From NCBI GenBank assembly GCA_965195345.1, contig OZ239628.1, positions 64,001-128,000 of the forward strand: 64,000 bases of DNA, in the 5' to 3' direction. Of this stretch, positions 22,978 through 31,707 are shown piece after piece. Origin of the DNA: an uncultured Thiomicrospira sp. (GTDB lineage Bacteria; Pseudomonadota; Gammaproteobacteria; CAKMZV01). Each line of letters opens with the position of its first letter. The first letter of the stretch is position 1. The notes below the pieces were generated by a model that was given only the letters and a program-made list of their open reading frames with translations, searched no databases and was not told the origin of the DNA. The position numbers and the translations under genes were made by a program.

Positions 22978-23592
22978 ATGGCGATTGTTTATATTTTAAC
23001 TAATGAAAGTATGTCGGACATTATCAAGATTGGTATCACCGACAACTTGTATAGAAGACTTAAAGACTTAGACAACACATCAACTCCGCTTCCTTTTGAG
23101 TGTTTCTATGCCGTTGAGGTTAATGATGCGAAAGCAATTGAAAATCTTCTCCATGAGGCATTTGACGATAAAAGAATTCGTCAAAATAGGGAGTTCTTCG
23201 ACTGCGCACCAGAACAAGCAAAATCCGCACTAAAAATTGCAGAGAAAATGGGAGGCAGAGATGTAACTCCTAAAGAAATGGTTTTTGAAAATCAGCAAGA
23301 CAAACAAGCATTAGATAATGCAAAGAAACGCAAAGGGAGAGTGGACTACTTTGGAATTCTTGGAATCAATGTAGGGGAGATTCTTACTTTCTCAAAAGAC
23401 AGTTCTATCACTTGTACGGTTAGAGGCAATAAACAAGTTCTTTTCAGAGATGAACTGACAACACTGTCTGGTTCTGCATTAATCATCGTTACTGAGATGG
23501 GTTACAACTGGGCACAAGCCAGAGGTGCGGCATATTGGTGTTATAAGGGCACCACTCTTTTGGATTTATCTCAACAAGCACAAGATGGGTAG
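22978..23592 (+). CDS. GIY-YIG (T5orf172-like) nuclease with a RAMA-like C-terminal domain
   Basis: IVYILTN..M..IIKIGIT...RRLK.L..TSTPLPF..E..LH..F...R....REFF. C-terminus G..L...V.F....TLSGSA...RGAAYW.Y.G..L. GAGG RBS upstream. Confidence 0.8.
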   Translation: MAIVYILTNESMSDIIKIGITDNLYRRLKDLDNTSTPLPFECFYAVEVNDAKAIENLLHEAFDDKRIRQNREFFDCAPEQAKSALKIAEKMGGRDVTPKEMVFENQQDKQALDNAKKRKGRVDYFGILGINVGEILTFSKDSSITCTVRGNKQVLFRDELTTLSGSALIIVTEMGYNWAQARGAAYWCYKGTTLLDLSQQAQDG

Positions 23593-23725
23593 AAGCAGAA
23601 GAATATTATTATGCGATACCTAATCTAACAAAGTAATTAATCAAGTCGCGATTGCGTTGCTGCACTTCAGTCCAGTTCCTTGTTGATTAACCTGTGAGTG
23701 GGGTTAAACGAGGAAAAAGTTACTC

Positions 23726-23755
23726 AAAAACAGAGAAACTATTGCCAGTTCTCTG
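23726..23755 (-). terminator. Rho-independent terminator of glmS
   Basis: CAGAGAAACT/AGTTCTCTG stem (one bulge) followed by T5 on the minus strand, about 20 nt after the glmS stop. Confidence 0.6.
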
Positions 23756-23776
23756 AAAAATAATCACCGTTCCGAC

Positions 23777-25651
23777 TTACTCAACTGTAACCGATTTTGC
23801 AAGATTACGCGGTTGATCGATGTCCGTTCCTCTAATCAAGGCGACATGATAGGCTAACAATTGCAACGGTATGGCAAAAATAATCGGTGCGGTAATACGC
23901 CCAACACCAGACGTTATTGGAATAACGTTGCTCCATCCGTCTGTCGAAATGTTCGACTTCTCATCTTCAAACACAATGAGATTGCCCCCTCGAGCATGCA
24001 CTTCCTGCAAATTTGACCGCAACTTTGCTAATAACTCATCATGCGGCGCAACCACTATCACCGGTGTGTTTTCATCAACCAACGCAAGTGGTCCGTGCTT
24101 GAGCTCTCCTGCAGGATATGCTTCAGCGTGGATATAGGCTACTTCTTTAATTTTTAATGCGCCTTCCAACGCAACAGGGTACATGCTCCCTCTGCCTAAA
24201 ATAAGCGCGTTGTCAAACTCAGCTATGATAGTCGCTACTTTAGCAATTTCTTTTTCACAATTAAGCACACGTTTTATCAAGCTTGGGAGGTGCCTCAGCC
24301 CTTGTGCTATACGCATTTCTTGATCTTCTTGGATGCGTTTTTGTACTTTCCCTATAACAACAAGTAACAAAGCCAGCGCAACCAATTGTGTTGTGAATGC
24401 CTTGGTTGAGGCAACACCAACCTCAACCCCTGCATGCGTCAAAAAAACCATGTCTGCACTACGTGTGATGGTGGAATCTGGCGTGTTACAAATCGTTAAG
24501 ACGGGAATGTTTTTAATTTTACGTTGCTCATCTATCAGTTCAAGGGCAGCTCTTGTATCTGCCGTTTCTCCAGATTGTGAAACGACTACGTACAAAGTGT
24601 TATTTAAAATAACAGGGTTGCGATAACGAAATTCACTGGCAATTTCAACATTAACAGGAATATCCAAAATATCTTCAAACCAGTATTTGGAAACCATCCC
24701 AGCATAATAACTTGTGCCGCAAGCAAGTACCGTCACTTGTGATATGCTTTTGAGCGTTTCAGGCGCTTGTGCTCCAAAAGCATCCGTAAGAATCGAATCA
24801 CCCACTAAAGCGTTTTGCAAAGTTTGAGTTACTGCATCGGGTTGCTCATATATTTCCTTGAGCATATAGTGCCTGTAATCACCCTTTCCTTCGATATTAC
24901 TAAATACTCTAATCGTTGATATAGTACGTTTTTCATTGATCTCATTTTTGGAGTCAAAAACGTTTTCACCATTCAAATCAAAAATTTGTAAATGTTGTTT
25001 TTCGATGTAAACAATGTCGCCATCTTCGAGGGGTATGTAGCTCTGAGTTACTGGCGTTAAAGCATGCGGATCCGAGGCAATAAAATATTCCCCAATCCCA
25101 ACACCCACCACCAACGGGCTACCGCAACGCACAGCCACTAAGCTATCAGGATGATGCACATCGATAATGCCTAAGGCATACGCGCCCTCAAACATCTTCA
25201 ACGATTCTTGAACACAAGATATGAGACTATTCCCGTTCGCTTCTAAATTGCGATTTAAAACATGTGCGATTACTTCGGTGTCCGTCTCACTGGTAAATAC
25301 TTGCCCCTCCTTCTTCAGCGACTCTCTTAATTCATGGAAATTTTCAAGTATGCCGTTATGTACTACTGCTAATCGACTTCCACTGATGTGAGGGTGCGCA
25401 TTATCTTCAGAAGGCGCGCCATGCGTTGCCCAACGAGTATGGGCTATTCCTGTAGTGGAGGAAGGTTTTTCCTGTTCAATTTTATTAACCAGTGCTTGTA
25501 CTTTTCCTAATGCACGTATCCTTTCCAAAGTGCCATCAGCGATTATAGCAACCCCAGAAGAATCGTAACCTCTGTACTCAAGACGACGTAATCCTTCTAA
25601 TAAAATAGGAACAACATTGCGTTCTGCAACCGCACCAATAATTCCGCACAT
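23777..25651 (-). CDS. glmS: Glutamine--fructose-6-phosphate aminotransferase
   Basis: N-terminal MCGI, LEYRGYDS, HTRWATHG, SQSGETAD, ELKHGPLAL, C-terminal PRNLAKSVTVE. Confidence 0.98.
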   Translation of the reverse strand: MCGIIGAVAERNVVPILLEGLRRLEYRGYDSSGVAIIADGTLERIRALGKVQALVNKIEQEKPSSTTGIAHTRWATHGAPSEDNAHPHISGSRLAVVHNGILENFHELRESLKKEGQVFTSETDTEVIAHVLNRNLEANGNSLISCVQESLKMFEGAYALGIIDVHHPDSLVAVRCGSPLVVGVGIGEYFIASDPHALTPVTQSYIPLEDGDIVYIEKQHLQIFDLNGENVFDSKNEINEKRTISTIRVFSNIEGKGDYRHYMLKEIYEQPDAVTQTLQNALVGDSILTDAFGAQAPETLKSISQVTVLACGTSYYAGMVSKYWFEDILDIPVNVEIASEFRYRNPVILNNTLYVVVSQSGETADTRAALELIDEQRKIKNIPVLTICNTPDSTITRSADMVFLTHAGVEVGVASTKAFTTQLVALALLLVVIGKVQKRIQEDQEMRIAQGLRHLPSLIKRVLNCEKEIAKVATIIAEFDNALILGRGSMYPVALEGALKIKEVAYIHAEAYPAGELKHGPLALVDENTPVIVVAPHDELLAKLRSNLQEVHARGGNLIVFEDEKSNISTDGWSNVIPITSGVGRITAPIIFAIPLQLLAYHVALIRGTDIDQPRNLAKSVTVE

Positions 25652-25718
25652 TTTCAGCTTCTCACCTGTTATTATATTCAGCTACAAATTTTAGCACGAT
25701 GTAAGCATATTTATCCCT

Positions 25719-26720
25719 ATGCAGACCTTTCTTGGCATTGAATCATCTTGTGATGAATCCAGTATCGCCCTTTACTCTAAAGCAAAGGGCTTGCTTGATT
25801 TAAAAGTCTATTCTCAACAAGTACATAGTAAATACGGCGGTGTCGTTCCTGAACTTGCAGCACGAGAACATTCAGTTAAGCTATTGCCTTTGCTCCAATC
25901 CTCTTTGAATGATACTGGGCTGGGACTCACTGATATCGATGGAATTGCCTATACTCAGGGGCCAGGTTTACCAGGTGCATTGCTTTGTGGAGCGGCTTTT
26001 GCTCAATCCTTGGCTTGGTCATTGAACATTCCAGCCATCGGCGTCCACCATATGGAAGGGCATTTATTGTCTCCGCTGATTGATCAAAACATTACTTTGC
26101 AATTTCCATTCTTGTGTTTACTGGTTTCTGGAGGACACACTTTAATAGCTAAAGTGCACGCTATTGGTAATTATGAAATCTTGGGTCAAAGTATTGATGA
26201 TGCGATCGGAGAAGCTTTTGATAAAACAGCGAAACTCTTAGGACTCGGCTACCCCGGAGGAGCTGCACTCGAAACGCTGGCAAAGCAAGGCAACCCAATG
26301 CGCTTTGAACTGCCAAGGCCCATGACGAAAAAACGAACGCTTGACATGAGCTTTAGTGGATTAAAAACGCACGTCCGTAATCTCTGGTTCACGCAAGAAA
26401 AAACAGAGAAAAATAAAGCCGACCTTGCTGCGAGTTTCCAATTAGCAATTACTGATACCCTACAAATTAAAATTCGCCTGTTACTTGAACAACACGCAAG
26501 CAAACAATTGATTTGTGCTGGAGGTGTTGCTGCAAATAAGAGTATTGCTAAAGCCATTAGCGACACGTGTAACAACTTTGGATGTCAAGCGATTTTCCCC
26601 CCTCAACATCTTTGCGGCGATAATGCTGCCATGATTGCTTATGCTGGCTCCATCCGTATTAGTAACGGGCAGACTACGCCCAATCATTTCGATGTTAAAC
26701 CACGCTGGTCATTAGCGTAA
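25719..26720 (+). CDS. tsaD: tRNA N6-adenosine threonylcarbamoyltransferase
   Basis: LGIESSCDE, GGVVPELAAREH, HHMEGH, VSGGHT, DDAIGEAFDK, GGVAAN, DNAAMIA. Confidence 0.97.
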   Translation: MQTFLGIESSCDESSIALYSKAKGLLDLKVYSQQVHSKYGGVVPELAAREHSVKLLPLLQSSLNDTGLGLTDIDGIAYTQGPGLPGALLCGAAFAQSLAWSLNIPAIGVHHMEGHLLSPLIDQNITLQFPFLCLLVSGGHTLIAKVHAIGNYEILGQSIDDAIGEAFDKTAKLLGLGYPGGAALETLAKQGNPMRFELPRPMTKKRTLDMSFSGLKTHVRNLWFTQEKTEKNKADLAASFQLAITDTLQIKIRLLLEQHASKQLICAGGVAANKSIAKAISDTCNNFGCQAIFPPQHLCGDNAAMIAYAGSIRISNGQTTPNHFDVKPRWSLA

Positions 26721-26748
26721 TGCACAGGCTCTAATAATAAATCAAAAT

Positions 26749-27270
26749 ATGTCAATAAAAATGTGCGGAAAAATCGCTCTCATTGGTCCGATGGGAGCAG
26801 GGAAATCGTCTATTGCCTCTCCTTTAGCTGCTGCGCTTGGTTGGCAACATATTGATATAGACAGCCTTGTGGTCAAAAATCAGGGAAAAAGCATTTCGCA
26901 AATATTTCAAGAGAACGGAGAAGCGCAGTTTAGATTATATGAATCGGATGCTCTAAAAAATGTTATAGAGTCAAATAACAATATCATCATCGCAACTGGG
27001 GGAGGAATTGTCACGCAAAAGATCAATCTCACGATGCTTGCTAAAATATGGGTCGTGTATTTAAGATGTAATCTCGATACGCTTTATAATCGCGTAAAAT
27101 TCGATGATAGCCGCCCATTACTACAAACAGAAAACCTTTATGAAACGCTCAAAGAAATTGTGGAAGAAAGAGAATCACTCTATAACCAATGCGCCAACCA
27201 AATCATTCACACCGATCAAATGAGCATTCCTCAAATCGTTCACCATATCCAAACATCTATTCATGAATAA
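26749..27270 (+). CDS. aroK: Shikimate kinase
   Basis: LIGPMGAGKS, GE..FR..E, ATGGGIV, RPLL; upstream of aroB. Confidence 0.95.
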   Translation: MSIKMCGKIALIGPMGAGKSSIASPLAAALGWQHIDIDSLVVKNQGKSISQIFQENGEAQFRLYESDALKNVIESNNNIIIATGGGIVTQKINLTMLAKIWVVYLRCNLDTLYNRVKFDDSRPLLQTENLYETLKEIVEERESLYNQCANQIIHTDQMSIPQIVHHIQTSIHE

Positions 27271-28363
27271 CCGCAATGTTACCGTCAATTTAGGCGATCG
27301 TTCCTACCCCATAATAATTGAACAGTCTCTATTAGGTGGTATTGACTGTTCGCCTTATGTTCGGGGACATCAAGTGTGCATCGTCAGTAATTCCCATATT
27401 GCAGAGCTCTATTTACCTGCGGTAGAACAATTATTTTCCAACTACGAAGTGTGCTGCTGTTTCATTGGTGATGGTGAATCATTTAAGTCTCTCGAAAGTG
27501 CTCAAAAAGTGTTTGATGTCCTGATACAAAAACAATTCTCCCGTCAATGCACCATCGTTGCGCTTGGGGGTGGTGTCGTTGGTGACTTGGCAGGGTTTGT
27601 TGCTGCCACGTGGATGCGTGGCGTGTCATTCATTCAAATACCCACTACTTTGCTTGCTCAAGTTGATTCATCCGTTGGTGGTAAAACTGCCGTCAACCAT
27701 GCTCGTGGCAAGAACATGATTGGGGCTTTTCATCAACCAACAGCCGTTTTAGCCGACATTTCGACTTTAGCAACTTTATCCGACCGTCAACTTCGTGCTG
27801 GGTTGGCTGAAGTCATTAAATATGGCTTAATTACTGATTGCAAGTTTTTTGATTGGATTGAAAATAATATCGAAGCGCTTCTCAATAGGGATGCAGGGAC
27901 ACTTGGCTTTGCAATTCAGCGCAGTTGTGAAATTAAAGCATCAATCGTTGCCCAAGATGAGCGCGAGCAGAATGTACGTGCTCTGCTTAATTTAGGGCAC
28001 ACCTTTGGACATGCCATAGAGGCGCATACTGGCTATAGCAGCTGGTTACACGGTGAAGCTATTTCCGCAGGCATGGTCATGGCATGCGATTTATCACGCC
28101 TCTTAGGACACATATCAGCAAGCGATCTGCAACGAATCACCAATCTATTCGTGCACGCGGGACTGCCCGTAAAAGGCCCCAAATCAATGGGAGTTTCACA
28201 CTACTTAGAAAAAATGTCCAACGATAAAAAAGTAATCAATAACTGTATTCGACTCATATTGTTGCAATCAATAGGGCAAGCATTTGTCAGTAATGATTAC
28301 CCTGATGAATTACTTAGGAAGACGATTGAAGATAATACCGGCACACAAGGAAATACACTATGA
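27263..28363 (+). CDS. aroB: 3-dehydroquinate synthase
   Basis: GGGVVGDLAGF, PTTLLAQVDSSVGGKT, LNLGHTFGHAIE, HGEAI. Confidence 0.97.
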   Translation: MNNRNVTVNLGDRSYPIIIEQSLLGGIDCSPYVRGHQVCIVSNSHIAELYLPAVEQLFSNYEVCCCFIGDGESFKSLESAQKVFDVLIQKQFSRQCTIVALGGGVVGDLAGFVAATWMRGVSFIQIPTTLLAQVDSSVGGKTAVNHARGKNMIGAFHQPTAVLADISTLATLSDRQLRAGLAEVIKYGLITDCKFFDWIENNIEALLNRDAGTLGFAIQRSCEIKASIVAQDEREQNVRALLNLGHTFGHAIEAHTGYSSWLHGEAISAGMVMACDLSRLLGHISASDLQRITNLFVHAGLPVKGPKSMGVSHYLEKMSNDKKVINNCIRLILLQSIGQAFVSNDYPDELLRKTIEDNTGTQGNTL

Positions 28364-29316
28364 CAAAAAATAATTACGAGACAGGACGTTTGAATTTACC
28401 GTTTGTTGGTCATTGTACTTTTGGTAAATACCCAGTTTGTGATATTGAAAATGTTAACGCCGACATTGCCATACTCGGCGCGCCTTTTGATTGCGGAGCG
28501 CAATACAGAGCAGGCGCACGATTTGGGCCAAGAAGTGTTCGTGAAGCCTCCACCTTATTCTCATTTGGACATGCTGGAGCATATGATATGGACGATGATG
28601 TTTTATATCTTGCCGACTCAACACGAATCGTTGACGCTGGCGATGCCGACATCATTCACACTAATACAGATATGAGTCATGAAAATATCAAATATGGTAT
28701 AGAAAAAATTCTTGAAGCAGGCGCTTTACCTATCTTAATAGGCGGAGATCACTCGGTGAACATACCGTCTGTACGCGCATTCGCTAACCACTGTAACGGT
28801 GAGAAAATACACATTGTACAAATTGATGCGCACTTGGATTTTGTTGACGAGCGTCATGGGGTACGTTATGGGCATGGGAATCCTATGAGAAGAGCCATGG
28901 AGCTAGATTATGTCGGTGGCATGACACAAATTGGTATCCGCAATGTCTCCTCTTCAAATCGCAGCGATTACGACGATGCACGCAAGGCAGGATCGCGTAT
29001 TATTTCTTTGCGCGAAGCGCGACGAATAGGCGCACAAGGCGTTATTGATGAAATCCCAAGTAATGTCCCTGTTTATATCACAATTGACATTGATGCTTTT
29101 GATCCTTCTATTGCTCCAGGCACGGGTACTCCTTCACATGGAGGCTTCTATTATTGGGAAGTGTTGGACATTCTTGCACTGCTTTGTAAAAAAAATCGCA
29201 TCATTGGAGCGGATTTGGTTGAGGTTGCGCCTGCCTATGACCCAAGTGATGTTACCTCAACGCTGGCTGCTCAACTGTTGTTAAATTTGATCGCTCGAAT
29301 AATACACAATAAATAA
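28360..29316 (+). CDS. speB: Agmatinase/ureohydrolase family protein
   Basis: GARFGPRSVR, GGDHSV, DAHLD, DIDAFDPS.APGTGTP, DLVEVAP.YD. Exact substrate uncertain. Confidence 0.8.
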   Translation: MTKNNYETGRLNLPFVGHCTFGKYPVCDIENVNADIAILGAPFDCGAQYRAGARFGPRSVREASTLFSFGHAGAYDMDDDVLYLADSTRIVDAGDADIIHTNTDMSHENIKYGIEKILEAGALPILIGGDHSVNIPSVRAFANHCNGEKIHIVQIDAHLDFVDERHGVRYGHGNPMRRAMELDYVGGMTQIGIRNVSSSNRSDYDDARKAGSRIISLREARRIGAQGVIDEIPSNVPVYITIDIDAFDPSIAPGTGTPSHGGFYYWEVLDILALLCKKNRIIGADLVEVAPAYDPSDVTSTLAAQLLLNLIARIIHNK

Positions 29317-29374
29317 TAAAGAGCGCGAAAGATGGACAATAGATAGAAGCCAGAAAGTCAAACTTCCACACTAA

Positions 29375-30253
29375 TCAATCACGCTTTGTCTTATAAGAGT
29401 TGATGATTTGGATAGCATTAAAAAGCAGCAATGTTGAAACGATAATTGTGCCTCCAATCAATGCGTGAACAGTTGGTTCTTCTTCCAATACCAACCACAC
29501 CCAAAAAGGGCCAAGCACCGTTTCAACCAGAAGCATCAATCCAACTTCTGGGGTTGGAATGTATTTAGGACCAATAAAAATCATAATATAGCTAATAGGA
29601 ACAACAACGCAAGCCATCAAAATCATCGGCAACCATCCAGATGATTGCAGAACAAGCGTCGGTGCAAAAAATACCGATATAAATGCTAATAAAAGACCCG
29701 CAATTCCTATGGTAGGAATTGCATCGTAATCAGGGTCTGCACGCGCAATATTCAAATTTGCAGCAAAACAAATCGCACCAACCAATGCGCTAAGGTCTCC
29801 TAAAAAAGAAGATTCTTGACCTTCACCAAGGCTCCCCATTCCCACAATACCTACCCCGATAAACGTAAGGAAAAGAACCAATAGTGTTGCAAGACTTAAT
29901 TTGTCTTTGAAAAAAAACCATGAAAACAACGCCGAAAACTTTGGAATAGTCGCCAGTATCACCAAAGCATGTGAGACTAATGTGTTATTAATCGCATAAA
30001 CAAATCCAATCGTTCCTATTACATAAAATACAATGGCAAGGAAGCCTAATTTTCCTGTTGATCGACAGTATTTAATAAAATTACCACGATGTACGATGAC
30101 TAAATACCCAAATAGTAAAATGCCACTGCACAAACCCCTCCAAAATGCGACAGTCCAATGGTGGGCATCCATCATTCGCACAAGCAAGCTATCAGGTGTT
30201 AAGATTAACACACCAATAAAAGTGATTAGTATGCCTTTAAGATAATTGTTCAA
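29375..30253 (-). CDS. EamA/DMT family transporter
   Basis: About 10 hydrophobic segments in two repeats; C-terminal LLVETVLGPFWVWLVLEEEP typical of EamA. Confidence 0.85.
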   Translation of the reverse strand: MNNYLKGILITFIGVLILTPDSLLVRMMDAHHWTVAFWRGLCSGILLFGYLVIVHRGNFIKYCRSTGKLGFLAIVFYVIGTIGFVYAINNTLVSHALVILATIPKFSALFSWFFFKDKLSLATLLVLFLTFIGVGIVGMGSLGEGQESSFLGDLSALVGAICFAANLNIARADPDYDAIPTIGIAGLLLAFISVFFAPTLVLQSSGWLPMILMACVVVPISYIMIFIGPKYIPTPEVGLMLLVETVLGPFWVWLVLEEEPTVHALIGGTIIVSTLLLFNAIQIINSYKTKRD

Positions 30254-30423
30254 AACGTTTTACTGAAAGTACTATTAAGAGGGTTGATACGTTTGATCGA
30301 TGCTTGTCGCACCATTTTTTGTCGACTATTATACGTGCTATTTAGTAGCATAAATATATTTGCACGTTAAAATAGCCTGTTCTAAAATTAAACATCTTCA
30401 TACCGTTCACAATATATAAAACA

Positions 30424-31425
30424 ATGACTACTTCAACACACAATCTTAATGAAATCTTTCAAATAACTTACGACACATTGGTTGCTAACGGGTGCAATGA
30501 TATTAACGCCAAAGCGGTTGCGAACAATATCACACATGCTGAACGAGACGGCAGTCATTCTCATGGGCTGTTTCGATTACCTGGCTATGTAGCCTCTTTG
30601 CGTAGTGGGAAAATGAATGGAAACGCACAACCGAGTGTTGAGAAAGTTGCACCTTCCATGCTCCGAATAGATGGCGACAATGGCATGGCCCCCGTTGCAT
30701 TAGAATATGCGTCCAGCCATGCTATTCAATGCGCTAAAAAACAAGGAATTGTTGCAGTCGCAATCGTTAATACTTATCATTTTTCTGCCTTGCGCAATGA
30801 AATAAGCATGTATACAGATAACGACTTATGTGCTATTGCGTGCACTGCTTTCATGTCTTCGGTCGCTCCTGCTGGAGGGAAAAAACCTTTTTATGGCACT
30901 AACCCACTTGCTTTTGGCTGGCCTAGAAAAGACAAACCAGCAATGATCTTTGACATGGCAACCGCCACCATGGCAAAAGGCGATGTGCAAATTGCGGCGC
31001 GTGACGGTAATAAAGTCCCAATTGGCGTAGGTGTTGACGCTGATGGAAAAGACACCACCGACCCTCATGCCATTCTAAATGGCGGCTGCCTACTGCCCTT
31101 TGGCGGCTATAAAGGAGCCAGCATTGCCTTAATGATTGAACTCTTAATTGGACCTCTCATAGGTGAGCGTTGCAGCTTTGAAGCTACTCAGCTTGATAAT
31201 AAAGATGGTGGTCCTGCTCGTGGTGGTGAATTACTACTTATTATTGACCCTATGAAGTTTAGCGCTGATCCTTTTGACCATGCGGAACGCCTTTTTCAAG
31301 CGTTGCTCGGTATTGAGGGGACACGACTACCAGGTAGTGTTCGAGCTAACTATCGCGAACAAAAAGGCGATGATTTAGTTGAAGTTCCCACAACACTTAT
31401 TGAAAAAATAACAAGCCTAAGCTAA
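30424..31425 (+). CDS. Ldh_2 family NAD(P)H imine/keto reductase, DpkA-like (delta1-piperideine/pyrroline-2-carboxylate reductase)
   Basis: RDGSHSHGLFRLPGYV, HFSAL, GTNPLAF, FDMAT, GDVQIAAR, LLPFGGYKG resemble Pseudomonas DpkA as recalled. Confidence 0.8.
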   Translation: MTTSTHNLNEIFQITYDTLVANGCNDINAKAVANNITHAERDGSHSHGLFRLPGYVASLRSGKMNGNAQPSVEKVAPSMLRIDGDNGMAPVALEYASSHAIQCAKKQGIVAVAIVNTYHFSALRNEISMYTDNDLCAIACTAFMSSVAPAGGKKPFYGTNPLAFGWPRKDKPAMIFDMATATMAKGDVQIAARDGNKVPIGVGVDADGKDTTDPHAILNGGCLLPFGGYKGASIALMIELLIGPLIGERCSFEATQLDNKDGGPARGGELLLIIDPMKFSADPFDHAERLFQALLGIEGTRLPGSVRANYREQKGDDLVEVPTTLIEKITSLS

Positions 31426-31467
31426 AACTTAATATAAAGCATTTCATGAACAATAAAAATAGTTCAG

Positions 31468-31497
31468 AAAAAAGGCGCGAAATTCGCGCCTTTTTTT
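31468..31497. terminator. Bidirectional rho-independent terminator
   Basis: A6-GGCGCGAA-A-TTCGCGCC-T7, between convergent genes. Confidence 0.9.
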
Positions 31498-31519
31498 GAG
31501 ATTTCAAAACGACATCTAA

Positions 31520-31690
31520 TTACCTATAGGTGTCGTATCGTTTTTTCTCGCTAGTATTTCCGTACCAAAGCGCCGCAATACAAATAGCAGCACCTATTAA
31601 AGTGTACAACCCAGGAGCACTTCCTCCCGCACCAATATACATTGCATCGGTCAGTACGTTCCAAGTTGCTTGATCAAATGGATATCCCAT
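31520..31690 (-). CDS. 56-aa single-TM small protein directly downstream of amt (not in ORF track)
   Basis: MGYPFDQATWNVLTDAMYIGAGGSAPGLYTLIGAAICIAALWYGNTSEKKRYDTYR*. AAGGAG RBS upstream; starts 17 nt after the amt stop and ends just before the terminator. Confidence 0.8.
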   Translation of the reverse strand: MGYPFDQATWNVLTDAMYIGAGGSAPGLYTLIGAAICIAALWYGNTSEKKRYDTYR

Positions 31691-31707
31691 AATGTTTACT
31701 CCTTATC

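Larger units (their letters stand above)
19800..23720. mobile_element. Small accessory/defence-like island at the 3' end of glmS (no integrase or transposase)
   Basis: Mixed-orientation accessory genes, gene remnants and long AT-rich spacers between tmm and the glmS terminator. Boundaries are approximate. Confidence 0.45.

Noticed and set aside
23700-23776. Tn7-like transposon inserted at attTn7 behind glmS
   Set aside because: No tnsABCD genes, no TGT...ACA ends with TnsB repeats and no 5-bp target duplication are visible; the site holds a plain terminator.
25652-25718. glmS ribozyme or other leader RNA
   Set aside because: The spacer is only 67 bp, shared divergently with tsaD, and shows no ribozyme core.
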